Positions 37,366-46,583 of a stretch of DNA of 64,000 nucleotides are shown piece after piece (within the stretch, counting starts at the first letter, position 1; every line of letters starts with the position of its first letter). The stretch covers positions 177,972 through 241,971 of the forward strand of contig CALWOC010000002.1 in the NCBI GenBank assembly GCA_944383015.1, in the 5' to 3' direction. The notes below the pieces were generated by a model that was not told where the DNA came from, did not search any database, and saw only the letters and a list, made by a program, of their open reading frames with translations. Made by a program: the position numbers and the translations under genes. The DNA is from an uncultured Clostridia bacterium. GTDB lineage: Bacteria > Bacillota > Clostridia > TANB77 > CAG-465.

Positions 37366-39420
37366 GTGACCAATATAGCAATCGTACTTATTGTTGTTTC
37401 TTTAATAGGCCTTGCAAGTTTAATAATTTACTATACTATATTAAAAAGAAAATATAGTAATAATTCGATTTTACAAGCTAAAGATACATTAGTTGTTAAA
37501 AATAAAATTAACTTTAAAGAGACTTTTGATAAGTTATATCAAGTAATGTATATGACATTTGTTAAGATGCCTATAATTAAGTACTATGCTAAAAAAATTA
37601 GGCTAAAATATGAGATGTCAAATGATTACTCAGAGTACGAACTTAGAAGAAACACTGGAAAGTTAATGACTATAACACTGATTGTTATGTTTGTTGCTTT
37701 AGCTGTATTTGTAAATGTTGTAAATGACTTATATATGACACTTATAATTCTTGTTGGCTTAATTATTGTTGTAGAGAAAGTTACAGATATAACAATAACA
37801 TCTGTGTCTAATAAGATATTAAGACAAATGCCAGAAGCATTTACGATATTAAGGCATGCATTTCATGAACATGGAATGGTAGACGAAGCTATTTCCGACA
37901 CTATAGATGAAATGAGTGAAAAAGAAATAGCGCCTCAACTAAAAAGAATTAGAGAAGCAATTATATCTGATCAAGCTGAAGTAGAGCTTGAAAGATATTA
38001 TGATACTGCACCTAATAGATTCTTAAAATTATTTGCTGGTATTTCATATTTAACATATGAGTTAGGAGATAGAAAAATTGAAGATACATCAATCTATCTT
38101 AAAAATATGAATAATATTTTAAATGAGATTTACCTTGAAATTTTAAAACAAGATAAGCTTAAAAGAACATTTAGAAGTTTAACTATAATAGCTGTTATAC
38201 CACTTATTTTTATCAAACCAGTTGAAACATGGGCTACTAATAATTTTACAGCTTTGTCTAATTTTTATAATAGTAGTATTGGATTTGCAATGCAGTCATT
38301 ACTTATAGTATCAATATTTATGTCTTATTTACTACTAAGAGTTTTAAGAGAAGATGGAGAAGAGATAAAATTTGATAGAGTTTCAAAGGTAAAATGGCAA
38401 GAAAAATTATATAAAATAAATTTTGTAAGAATGCTTGTAGATGCTTTTAAAACTAAAAAACATACTTCAAAATATAAAAGGGAAGTCAATTTAATTAAAG
38501 ATACAAATTCATACTTAACTATAGAATGGCTATATGTAAATAAATTAACATATGCATTTATAGCATTTATTCTTACAATATTATTAATATTAAATATGAA
38601 TATAATTACAAAAAATGCAGCTTATAGTAAGTTTAGTGATGAATTTTTATCGCTTGGAAAATTAAGTGAAGAGGATCAACAAGCAGCACAAGAAGTTGCA
38701 GATTTTGATTTAGATTATATTAATCAATATAAAAATAAAAATGTATCTAAAGAAGAACTTGCAGAAGACTTAACAGATAAAGCAACAGGTACTGTTGATA
38801 CAGAAGCTGTAGATAGAATATATGATAAGATAACAACAATTAATGATTCATATTTAAAATTTTGGCATGTAATAATTGCACTTGTTGTTGCAGTTATAGC
38901 ATACTATATTCCAAATATAGTGTTAGCTATTAAAAACAATGTTAGAAAAATGGATAAAGATAATGAAATAATGCAATTTCAATCTATAATACTAATGCTT
39001 ATGCATATTGATAGAGTTGATGTTCAGACAATTCTTGAATGGCTATGTAGATTTTCATATGCTTTTAGAGAACCAATTGCTACATGTCTTAATAATTATG
39101 AAGCTGGAGCAGAGCAAGCTTTAGAAGAGTTAAAAGATTCCGTTCCAAATAAAGATTTCCAAAGAATAGTAGATCAGTTAGAATCTGCTGTGACTAGAAT
39201 CCCTGTTAAGGCTGCATTTGATGAACTTGAGACAGAAAGAGCATTTTTCTATGAAAAAAGAAAGGATGCAAATGATGCTTTAGTTAAGAAGAAAGCTTCA
39301 TTAGGCCAAGTGTTAGGTTTTACACCTATGGTACTATTAATAGGAGGATATTTAGTTGCACCATTATTAATAGTAAGTATATTACAAATGTTAAATTACT
39401 TTAGTCAAATGGCATTTTAA
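37366..39420 (+). CDS. Fused TadB/TadC-like platform membrane protein
   Basis: Multi-TM 684 aa with two T2SSF-like cytoplasmic domains, directly after the ATPase. Confidence 0.65.
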   Translation: MTNIAIVLIVVSLIGLASLIIYYTILKRKYSNNSILQAKDTLVVKNKINFKETFDKLYQVMYMTFVKMPIIKYYAKKIRLKYEMSNDYSEYELRRNTGKLMTITLIVMFVALAVFVNVVNDLYMTLIILVGLIIVVEKVTDITITSVSNKILRQMPEAFTILRHAFHEHGMVDEAISDTIDEMSEKEIAPQLKRIREAIISDQAEVELERYYDTAPNRFLKLFAGISYLTYELGDRKIEDTSIYLKNMNNILNEIYLEILKQDKLKRTFRSLTIIAVIPLIFIKPVETWATNNFTALSNFYNSSIGFAMQSLLIVSIFMSYLLLRVLREDGEEIKFDRVSKVKWQEKLYKINFVRMLVDAFKTKKHTSKYKREVNLIKDTNSYLTIEWLYVNKLTYAFIAFILTILLILNMNIITKNAAYSKFSDEFLSLGKLSEEDQQAAQEVADFDLDYINQYKNKNVSKEELAEDLTDKATGTVDTEAVDRIYDKITTINDSYLKFWHVIIALVVAVIAYYIPNIVLAIKNNVRKMDKDNEIMQFQSIILMLMHIDRVDVQTILEWLCRFSYAFREPIATCLNNYEAGAEQALEELKDSVPNKDFQRIVDQLESAVTRIPVKAAFDELETERAFFYEKRKDANDALVKKKASLGQVLGFTPMVLLIGGYLVAPLLIVSILQMLNYFSQMAF

Positions 39421-39476
39421 AAAGTTTAATTCATCTTAAAAGATGTTTTAATAAATTGTGTAAAGGAGGAATATAA

Positions 39477-39965
39477 ATGGATAACGCACAAAAGGCAATA
39501 ATGATAGGAGTTGGACTTTTTGTAACTATTCTTGTTATTGCTGCAGTAATGTTAATTGTAAATGCTGCTCTAGATATGTTAGATGGAGCATCAGAAAATA
39601 TTTCTAATTTATCTGCATCATTACAAGAACAGTTAACAAGAGATTATGATGATGTTACAGTTACAGGAGCAAAAGTTAAAGCTGCAATAGATATGTACTG
39701 TACAGATCAAGATATGATTCTTGAAGTTCAAGCAGTAAGTGGTGGAACAATACTTGAACTAGGTAAAGTAAGAGGAAATGGAACAACTAGTATAGATAAA
39801 CCTTTAACTTATGATTCTAGTAATGTTCAAACTAAAGTAAGTGCACTATCAGATAGCACAAATTCAGAGACTTATGTGCCTTCAACTGCAAGATATCATG
39901 CGCAACTAGTAAGAAGCTCTAGTGGAGATGCAGTTTTAGGAATATTATTTACAAGAGAAAAATAA
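39477..39965 (+). CDS. Pilin-like protein, probable major subunit
   Basis: MDNAQKAIMIGVGLFVTILVIA hydrophobic helix; strong RBS; downstream hairpin. Confidence 0.65.
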   Translation: MDNAQKAIMIGVGLFVTILVIAAVMLIVNAALDMLDGASENISNLSASLQEQLTRDYDDVTVTGAKVKAAIDMYCTDQDMILEVQAVSGGTILELGKVRGNGTTSIDKPLTYDSSNVQTKVSALSDSTNSETYVPSTARYHAQLVRSSSGDAVLGILFTREK

Positions 39966-39979
39966 TAATTATGAATAAT

Positions 39980-40015
39980 TTCAAGGTATATAATTTTTTA
40001 GTTATATACCTTGAA
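39980..40015 (+). terminator. 14-bp perfect inverted repeat inside operon
   Basis: ttcaaggtatataa...ttatataccttgaa, no T run. Confidence 0.55.
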
Positions 40016-40091
40016 CATTATATAGGAATATTTTAAAGATAATAGTTTATGTTATTTTTAAAATGTTTCTATGAGAAAGGAGGAGAGTAGA

Positions 40092-40559
40092 ATGGGTGAA
40101 GATAATGTGTCAAGGGCTATAATGATAGGAGTAACGACTTTTATTGGAATTATGACTATATCTGCATTAATATTATTTTTTAATTCTAGTTTGGACGTAG
40201 TAAGAAATGTAGGCTCTGGAAAAAATTTTGATACGTTAAATCGTGTAGATATTGATTCTACTCTTCTTATGAGTAATACTAACAATTATATAAAGGGAAC
40301 AAGTGTAATTAATTTATTAAGTTATTACGAGCAAGATGTAAATGTCACAATTAATGTTCAAAACATTAAATATATAGATAATAGTGGAAATATACAATAT
40401 TTAGATAATATTGATCTTAATTCACAAGAGGTAAGTGTTAGAAAGGCTGCATACAATAGGGCTTTAAGATATATTATGGACAACCAAGATTTTACAATTA
40501 ATGTGCAGGAAATAGATCAAGATTTAGGCTCAATGATTATAACAATAAGGGGAGTATAA
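40092..40559 (+). CDS. Pilin-like protein
   Basis: MGEDNVSRAIMIGVTTFIGI; AGGAG RBS before ATG 40092. Confidence 0.65.
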   Translation: MGEDNVSRAIMIGVTTFIGIMTISALILFFNSSLDVVRNVGSGKNFDTLNRVDIDSTLLMSNTNNYIKGTSVINLLSYYEQDVNVTINVQNIKYIDNSGNIQYLDNIDLNSQEVSVRKAAYNRALRYIMDNQDFTINVQEIDQDLGSMIITIRGV

Positions 40560-40560
40560 T

Positions 40561-42129
40561 ATGGATGGAGTTTTACAAAGAGTGGTATCTATATTAATTT
40601 CTGTAGTTATCTTTTTTATACTACCTATATATATAGCATATGAAAAGAAAGATGATATATCATATGCTCTTGCTTTAAAAATAACTACAGATTTTGTAGA
40701 TAATGTTAATTCAAAAGGTTATATTACTTCAGAGATGTATGATGATTTTATTGCTGAACTTGCTGTTACACAAAATAGTTATGATGTGTATATGGAGCAT
40801 ACTGCAAAAAAATATAATCCTGTTATATATTCATATAACGATGACATGACAACAATTAGAAGTAAATTTGATTATAATTTATATAAAGATGACTTTGAAG
40901 ATGGCGAAATTGTAATAGATAATGGTGCAAATGCAGGAACATATAATAATCTTATACTAGCTTATGATTTATCTGAAAAAAAATATACTGAAGAGCAAAT
41001 ATTAGATGTTATTAGTTCTACAGATAAAACACTAAATATAGATATGAACTTAGATGTATATAAAAAATTGGATTATAGAAGTATACCTGGTATTACAAGT
41101 ATATATATGCCTGAGCATGATACTAAAGTCTATACAATGAATAAAGGCGATGAATTTAATGTTATAATAAAAAATAAAAATACTACTGTTGCAACAAGTA
41201 TATATAATGTTGTTACATTGGGTGCTGCAGATACTAATAATACTAGGATATATATAAATTATGGTGGAACAGTAAAAGGAGAGGGATATTTAGAAAAAAC
41301 TGTTGAAGATGATACTACAAATTATAATCCTAAAGATGAAAATCCTGATTCGAATACAGGCTCACTTGTAAATTCATATATAACAAGTGGATTAGTACTT
41401 CTTTTAAATGGAGAGTATAATGACGGTACTTCGCACTCTAATTCAACTAATGTATGGAAAGATTTAAGTGGAAATGGAAATAACGCAGTTTTATCTGGTT
41501 TTGATTTTAATGATGAATCTGGTTGGATATATAATGGATTACATTTTACTGGTAAAGAGTATGTAGCACTTAAAGATTTCAATACATCTCAAATGACTAT
41601 AGAAATGGTAGTTAAGTTTGATAGTATCAGTGATGTAGAAACTCCTTCACAGTCAGTACTTAGTTGTATAAATAATGGTGGTGCTGGACTAATATTTAAT
41701 CAATTGAATGCCTCAGATATAGCAAAAAGAGGAAAGTTTTCTTTTGATGTTTATACATCTAATGAAGAAAATGAAATTTCCTCTGTAGTTGCTCCAACTA
41801 TTGTTCAATCAAATAAAATTTATTCTGTTTCTGGATCTGTGGGGACTATGTCTTTAGAGCAGCAAGAAGGAGATGATTTTGCATATGAGACAAATGCACA
41901 ATTATTATCTGTAAATGGTGAAATTGATGGAATACCATTTAATGATACGTATAAGGCTCCTGCAAGTGGTTCAACATTTGTAATAGGTGGAAATCCTTTA
42001 GCTGGTGCTGGTGCTAATACGCAGTTTAAAGGAACAATTTATTGCATAAGGATATATAATAGGGCACTAACAGAAGAAGAGATAAAACAAAATTATGAAA
42101 TAGACAAACAAAAGTATAACATAGAATAA
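40561..42129 (+). CDS. Pilin-like protein with C-terminal LamG/concanavalin-like domain
   Basis: N-terminal TM; WKDLSGNGNNA...FKGTIYCIRIYNRALTEEEI. Confidence 0.75.
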   Translation: MDGVLQRVVSILISVVIFFILPIYIAYEKKDDISYALALKITTDFVDNVNSKGYITSEMYDDFIAELAVTQNSYDVYMEHTAKKYNPVIYSYNDDMTTIRSKFDYNLYKDDFEDGEIVIDNGANAGTYNNLILAYDLSEKKYTEEQILDVISSTDKTLNIDMNLDVYKKLDYRSIPGITSIYMPEHDTKVYTMNKGDEFNVIIKNKNTTVATSIYNVVTLGAADTNNTRIYINYGGTVKGEGYLEKTVEDDTTNYNPKDENPDSNTGSLVNSYITSGLVLLLNGEYNDGTSHSNSTNVWKDLSGNGNNAVLSGFDFNDESGWIYNGLHFTGKEYVALKDFNTSQMTIEMVVKFDSISDVETPSQSVLSCINNGGAGLIFNQLNASDIAKRGKFSFDVYTSNEENEISSVVAPTIVQSNKIYSVSGSVGTMSLEQQEGDDFAYETNAQLLSVNGEIDGIPFNDTYKAPASGSTFVIGGNPLAGAGANTQFKGTIYCIRIYNRALTEEEIKQNYEIDKQKYNIE

Positions 42130-42142
42130 GGAGGGAGTATTT

Positions 42143-42547
42143 TTGGGAGAAGCAACAAATAAAGCTATAATGATTGGAGTTGGATTATTTGTAACATTGA
42201 TGATAGTATCTGGAATAATGTTTATCTTCTCTCAAATGAAAGAGGTATACAAACAAGTAGGTACTACTGATACAACAATTGGTAATAGATTTGGAGAATA
42301 TGCTTCATATAATAACACACAAGTAACTGGCCTTGATGTTATTAATTGTGCAAATAAATATTATAATGAAAATTTAGTTGTAATAATGTATAATAATGTA
42401 GAAGTAAATACACAAGATGGACTTACATATTTAGATAATCAATATAATAATGGTTTCTTATTATATGAAGATTTATTTAATTCTATTGTTGAAGAAGTAG
42501 AATATGATGGACTTATAAAAACAAGAATAACATTTACTAAAATATAG
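42143..42547 (+). CDS. Pilin-like protein
   Basis: MGEATNKAIMIGVGLFVTL; YNNTQVTGLDV. Confidence 0.65.
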   Translation: MGEATNKAIMIGVGLFVTLMIVSGIMFIFSQMKEVYKQVGTTDTTIGNRFGEYASYNNTQVTGLDVINCANKYYNENLVVIMYNNVEVNTQDGLTYLDNQYNNGFLLYEDLFNSIVEEVEYDGLIKTRITFTKI

Positions 42548-42558
42548 GGGGTGAAGAT

Positions 42559-43023
42559 ATGGAAAATGCAAATGAAGCAATATTTCTTGGCGTATATGCA
42601 ATGATTTTTGTAATGGCTTTATCTTTGACTATTTTCTTATTTTCATCACTTATGACATATACAGATGAGTCATATGAGTATATGCATAGAGTAGGAAATG
42701 ATGCTGTAACAATAAGTGGAGAAGTAAATAGAAATTTGCTCTTAACAGGACAAGAAGTTGTATCATATTATTATAATTATGTAAAGAAAGATAGATTTTC
42801 AGATGAGACATATAATGATAACGTTATAGTAACAATTAATTTGAATACATCAAATCAATCACCATTATTATTAGATAGTACTACTTTAACATATAAAGAG
42901 GTTATTGAGAAAATAGGTGCAAGTAATATGTATATATTATCAGTAGATAAAAGAACAAATGATAATGTAACATACTTAAATATAACAAAAGCTACAGATG
43001 AAGAGCTTCAAGTAATGTGGTAA
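42559..43023 (+). CDS. Pilin-like protein
   Basis: MENANEAIFLGVYAMIFVMALS; LLTGQEVV. Confidence 0.65.
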   Translation: MENANEAIFLGVYAMIFVMALSLTIFLFSSLMTYTDESYEYMHRVGNDAVTISGEVNRNLLLTGQEVVSYYYNYVKKDRFSDETYNDNVIVTINLNTSNQSPLLLDSTTLTYKEVIEKIGASNMYILSVDKRTNDNVTYLNITKATDEELQVMW

Positions 43024-43038
43024 AAAGGGAGGAAAATA

Positions 43039-44049
43039 ATGAAAGATGTACTAAGCATGGTTGTTGCAGTGATATTTCTTGTTGTATTATTAATTATTCT
43101 TCCTTTGTATAATTATTTTGAAAGGCAAGATGATATGTCTTACAATTTAGCTCTTAAATCTGTAACAATGTTTGTTGATGAAGTGACAGAAAATGGTTAT
43201 TTAGATCAAAATATGTATGATAAGTTTATACAAAGATTAGCGTCAACAGGTAATTCATATGACATTCAAATTGAAGCTAAAAAGAAAATATACACTGTTG
43301 ATCCTGAAAATCCAACAGATGATGATGGACAAACAAATTATATAGAGCAATTTAAGTCATATTATAATAAAGATATATTTAATGATGAAACTGGAAAGAC
43401 AAGTAATATCATAGATAAGGATAATAGCTTAAAAAACAATGTGTTTTTTTTAGATGTGGGTGATAAATTTTATGTTACTCTTAAAAACACAAATACTACT
43501 ATGGCAACTGCTTTATTAAATATTATTGTATCTGATTCTACTAATCAAAAGATAAATATTAGTTATGGTTCAACTGTAAAAAATAATAATTGGGAAAATA
43601 CAGATGTAAGTCAACTTTATCAAAGTGATATATTAATAACATTAGCATTAGAAAATCCAAACGATATTAATGAAGATACTGGATATCCAGAATATACTTT
43701 TGATAATTCCCAAGATAGAGTTATTAAATATAAAGTAAAAATACTTAATTCGGATGATTCAAATATTGCAAGTAAATTAAAAGATAATATTCGTTTAGTT
43801 GGGACATTTCCTAATTGTTTTATATCTCCTTCTTCTATAACTTCAGGAAGTGATGAAGGTGAATATATAGTTGAGTTTAAGTTAGATGAAAATAAACAAA
43901 ATACATATTTTTCATCTAATGAATATAATACATTTAGATGTTTTTTACCAGCTAATTCAATTCAAGGAAAATTTTCAAAAAATGCAAGTGCGAATTCTGA
44001 TCCTATAATAATAAAAATAAATAGTTCTATTAAAGTAACAGAAGACTAG
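43039..44049 (+). CDS. Pilin-like protein, paralogue of the 40561 N-terminal domain
   Basis: ILPLY..FERQDDMSY..AL...T.FVD.V...GY....YD.FI..LA.T.NSYD shared with 40561. Confidence 0.65.
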   Translation: MKDVLSMVVAVIFLVVLLIILPLYNYFERQDDMSYNLALKSVTMFVDEVTENGYLDQNMYDKFIQRLASTGNSYDIQIEAKKKIYTVDPENPTDDDGQTNYIEQFKSYYNKDIFNDETGKTSNIIDKDNSLKNNVFFLDVGDKFYVTLKNTNTTMATALLNIIVSDSTNQKINISYGSTVKNNNWENTDVSQLYQSDILITLALENPNDINEDTGYPEYTFDNSQDRVIKYKVKILNSDDSNIASKLKDNIRLVGTFPNCFISPSSITSGSDEGEYIVEFKLDENKQNTYFSSNEYNTFRCFLPANSIQGKFSKNASANSDPIIIKINSSIKVTED

Positions 44050-44060
44050 GAGGTGAAAAG

Positions 44061-45239
44061 GTGAAAATAACAGATTTTGCTTTGGTTTTTATTGCAATAA
44101 TATTACCATTTATGTTGGTATTATATATAAATATTACATTTACAATAAAAGCAGAAGAAATGGAAATGTATTATCAAAAAATAATAGAGTCATCTTTAGA
44201 TGATGCTGCATATGAGATGAAGCAAGTAGAAAGTCAAGATAAACAGATTGATTATGGGTATTCAGATAAATATAATAAAAAAATAAATGTAAATGCACAA
44301 GTTGGAGTAGATGCTTTTTTTGAATCTATGTATAATACCTTAGGAATAAAGGGTAATGAAACAGCAGAATCATATTTTGACCTTTTTGTTCCTGCAGTAG
44401 CAGTAATAGAGTATGATGGAGTTAAAGTTTCTAAAAATGAGACTGTTACAGCAGAAGATGGAACAAGTGCAGTAAAAAGAGTGTTAAAGCCTAAGAGATA
44501 CTTTACATATACCTATTCTATTGTTAGAAATGATGGAAAATATTCATATGAACCTGGAGTAGCATCTAATAATGTCATATCTGTGCATACTATTGAGTTT
44601 ACGATGGACACCAATGTTACTCATAGAGGATACAATTATATATATAATGAGGAAATAGAAGCAGAGAGCTTTTATCTAGAAGATAATAGTAGAAATTCAG
44701 AGCTTATTTCAGGAGTTGTTGATTCTGAATATAAAGATAGTTTAAAGTCAGAGATTGTATCACATTTATTAGATATGAAGCAATCTATAATAGCTGAAGT
44801 TATATCAAGTGAATTATCTTTTGCAGTAAATGAAAATAATTTATATGCAAATCAAGCAGGTATTGTTTATTCATTTTCTTTTCCTGCTACTACTGAGGAC
44901 GAGATGTATAATATGATTGATGGTGTTGGAATTATAGCTTTTGTACAAGGAATATCAGTAGGAAATAAATACTTAAATACAAAAGCATTTGGGGTATCTA
45001 CATTAGATCAAACAACTAGATATTATTTTACAGCTCCAAGTACTGATTCTCAAATTCAAATGAATTTATATCATAAAGTTATTTCATGTCCTGAATATAA
45101 ACTTTGTAAAATTGCAGATATGTCACCAAGATATGCTACATCAAGACAAGAAGCTGCCACATCTATAACAACTGGAACGCTTAATGGTGTAAAGCAAACA
45201 TTTACAGGATTTTATCCATGTCCAATATGTAATCCATAA
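44061..45239 (+). CDS. TadE/G-like membrane-anchored protein with C-terminal His/Cys motif
   Basis: N-terminal TM, SLDDAA, YHKVISC...PCPICNP. Confidence 0.55.
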   Translation: MKITDFALVFIAIILPFMLVLYINITFTIKAEEMEMYYQKIIESSLDDAAYEMKQVESQDKQIDYGYSDKYNKKINVNAQVGVDAFFESMYNTLGIKGNETAESYFDLFVPAVAVIEYDGVKVSKNETVTAEDGTSAVKRVLKPKRYFTYTYSIVRNDGKYSYEPGVASNNVISVHTIEFTMDTNVTHRGYNYIYNEEIEAESFYLEDNSRNSELISGVVDSEYKDSLKSEIVSHLLDMKQSIIAEVISSELSFAVNENNLYANQAGIVYSFSFPATTEDEMYNMIDGVGIIAFVQGISVGNKYLNTKAFGVSTLDQTTRYYFTAPSTDSQIQMNLYHKVISCPEYKLCKIADMSPRYATSRQEAATSITTGTLNGVKQTFTGFYPCPICNP

Positions 45240-45259
45240 AAAAGGGAGGTGTAACTTAA

Positions 45260-46582
45260 ATGGAAGAGAATTTTGTTCCTTCATATAAAAATGATGAAGA
45301 AAGACAAAAAGAAAGAAAGATAAAAAATAGAAAATATAAAATTAAGATGATTATTATAATTATTACTTCAATACTTGCTATTTTAGGAATTGTATATTTA
45401 AGTTACACTTTAATAAGCTCTAAGTATAGTAAGTATGAGCATTTTGAAGAAAAGATGGATATATATGGTTTTTCACAAGTATATGATAATGGTAGTGCCA
45501 AAACAAGTGAAAAAGTAACAAAATCCGAAGCAATTAAGATGATTTTGTCATGTTTATATAATGTTCCTAAAATAGAAGGAATAGCACTTCCGACAGAAGA
45601 GACATATTCTAATGCTATTTGGGTAGAATATGCTAAAAAACAAGGCATTATTTTAGAAGGTGAAATAACACCATCAAATGCTGATGATAAAGTAAAATAT
45701 CAAGAAGTACTAGTATGGTTATATAATGTTAAGGCTAAAATATTAAATATTGAGCCTGATACTTCTGCTAATTTTGAAGTTAAGGATATTAACGCATATA
45801 ATACTGATCAAAAACTTGCTATATATGACTTACTAAATTCTAGTATAATTGTAACTAATACTAGTAAAATAGATGGAAATAAAACACTTTATAAAGGGAA
45901 ACTAAATGAGCTTATTATTAATTTTGCAGAAGAATATAATACGATAACTGTAGGGGACGCAAGAATTAATATTAATGAAGAAAAAATACCATCAAATTCT
46001 AATATGTACCCATATACTTTAGCAAGTGTAGAAAAGAGCATATATGAAATTGGTTTTGAAGGTAGTACAAATGATGGTTTCATTTTACCAGTTGATTATT
46101 ACAAGGATAATAAACAATATTATGGTCAAATAAAAAGCTACGTAGAAAATTATTATAATTATATTTTATCTGTTGATTATAATAATATATCAATTGAGCA
46201 AATGAAAAGAAAATTAAAAAAATATGCTTTTGAAGAATTTGACGAGAAGATTTTACAAAAATACGTTGAATATGTAAAGACAAATCATATAAAACTTAAA
46301 GGAAAAGCTACAGCACAGCTTCCATGTATATATTTTGATGGAAATGATTATAGAGTAAGATTAAAATTAGAATTAGTTATTGAGTCTTCTGATACAAATA
46401 AAAATATACTTTTTTATGACTTAGAAGGGGAAGAGATAACTTATGATGGTGATGAGATTACATTATATATAGATAGTAAACTAAATAAAAATGGGGTTTC
46501 TGAAACACTGTTTGTTAAAGAGGCAAGTATTTATTCTTTACTTATAAAATCAACTAGCAGTATTTCAAGTGGAGTGAAGTAA
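45260..46582 (+). CDS. Membrane-anchored protein with SLH-like repeats
   Basis: N-terminal TM; KVTKSEAIKMIL and WVEYAKKQGII resemble SLH. Confidence 0.5.
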   Translation: MEENFVPSYKNDEERQKERKIKNRKYKIKMIIIIITSILAILGIVYLSYTLISSKYSKYEHFEEKMDIYGFSQVYDNGSAKTSEKVTKSEAIKMILSCLYNVPKIEGIALPTEETYSNAIWVEYAKKQGIILEGEITPSNADDKVKYQEVLVWLYNVKAKILNIEPDTSANFEVKDINAYNTDQKLAIYDLLNSSIIVTNTSKIDGNKTLYKGKLNELIINFAEEYNTITVGDARININEEKIPSNSNMYPYTLASVEKSIYEIGFEGSTNDGFILPVDYYKDNKQYYGQIKSYVENYYNYILSVDYNNISIEQMKRKLKKYAFEEFDEKILQKYVEYVKTNHIKLKGKATAQLPCIYFDGNDYRVRLKLELVIESSDTNKNILFYDLEGEEITYDGDEITLYIDSKLNKNGVSETLFVKEASIYSLLIKSTSSISSGVK

Positions 46583-46583
46583 T

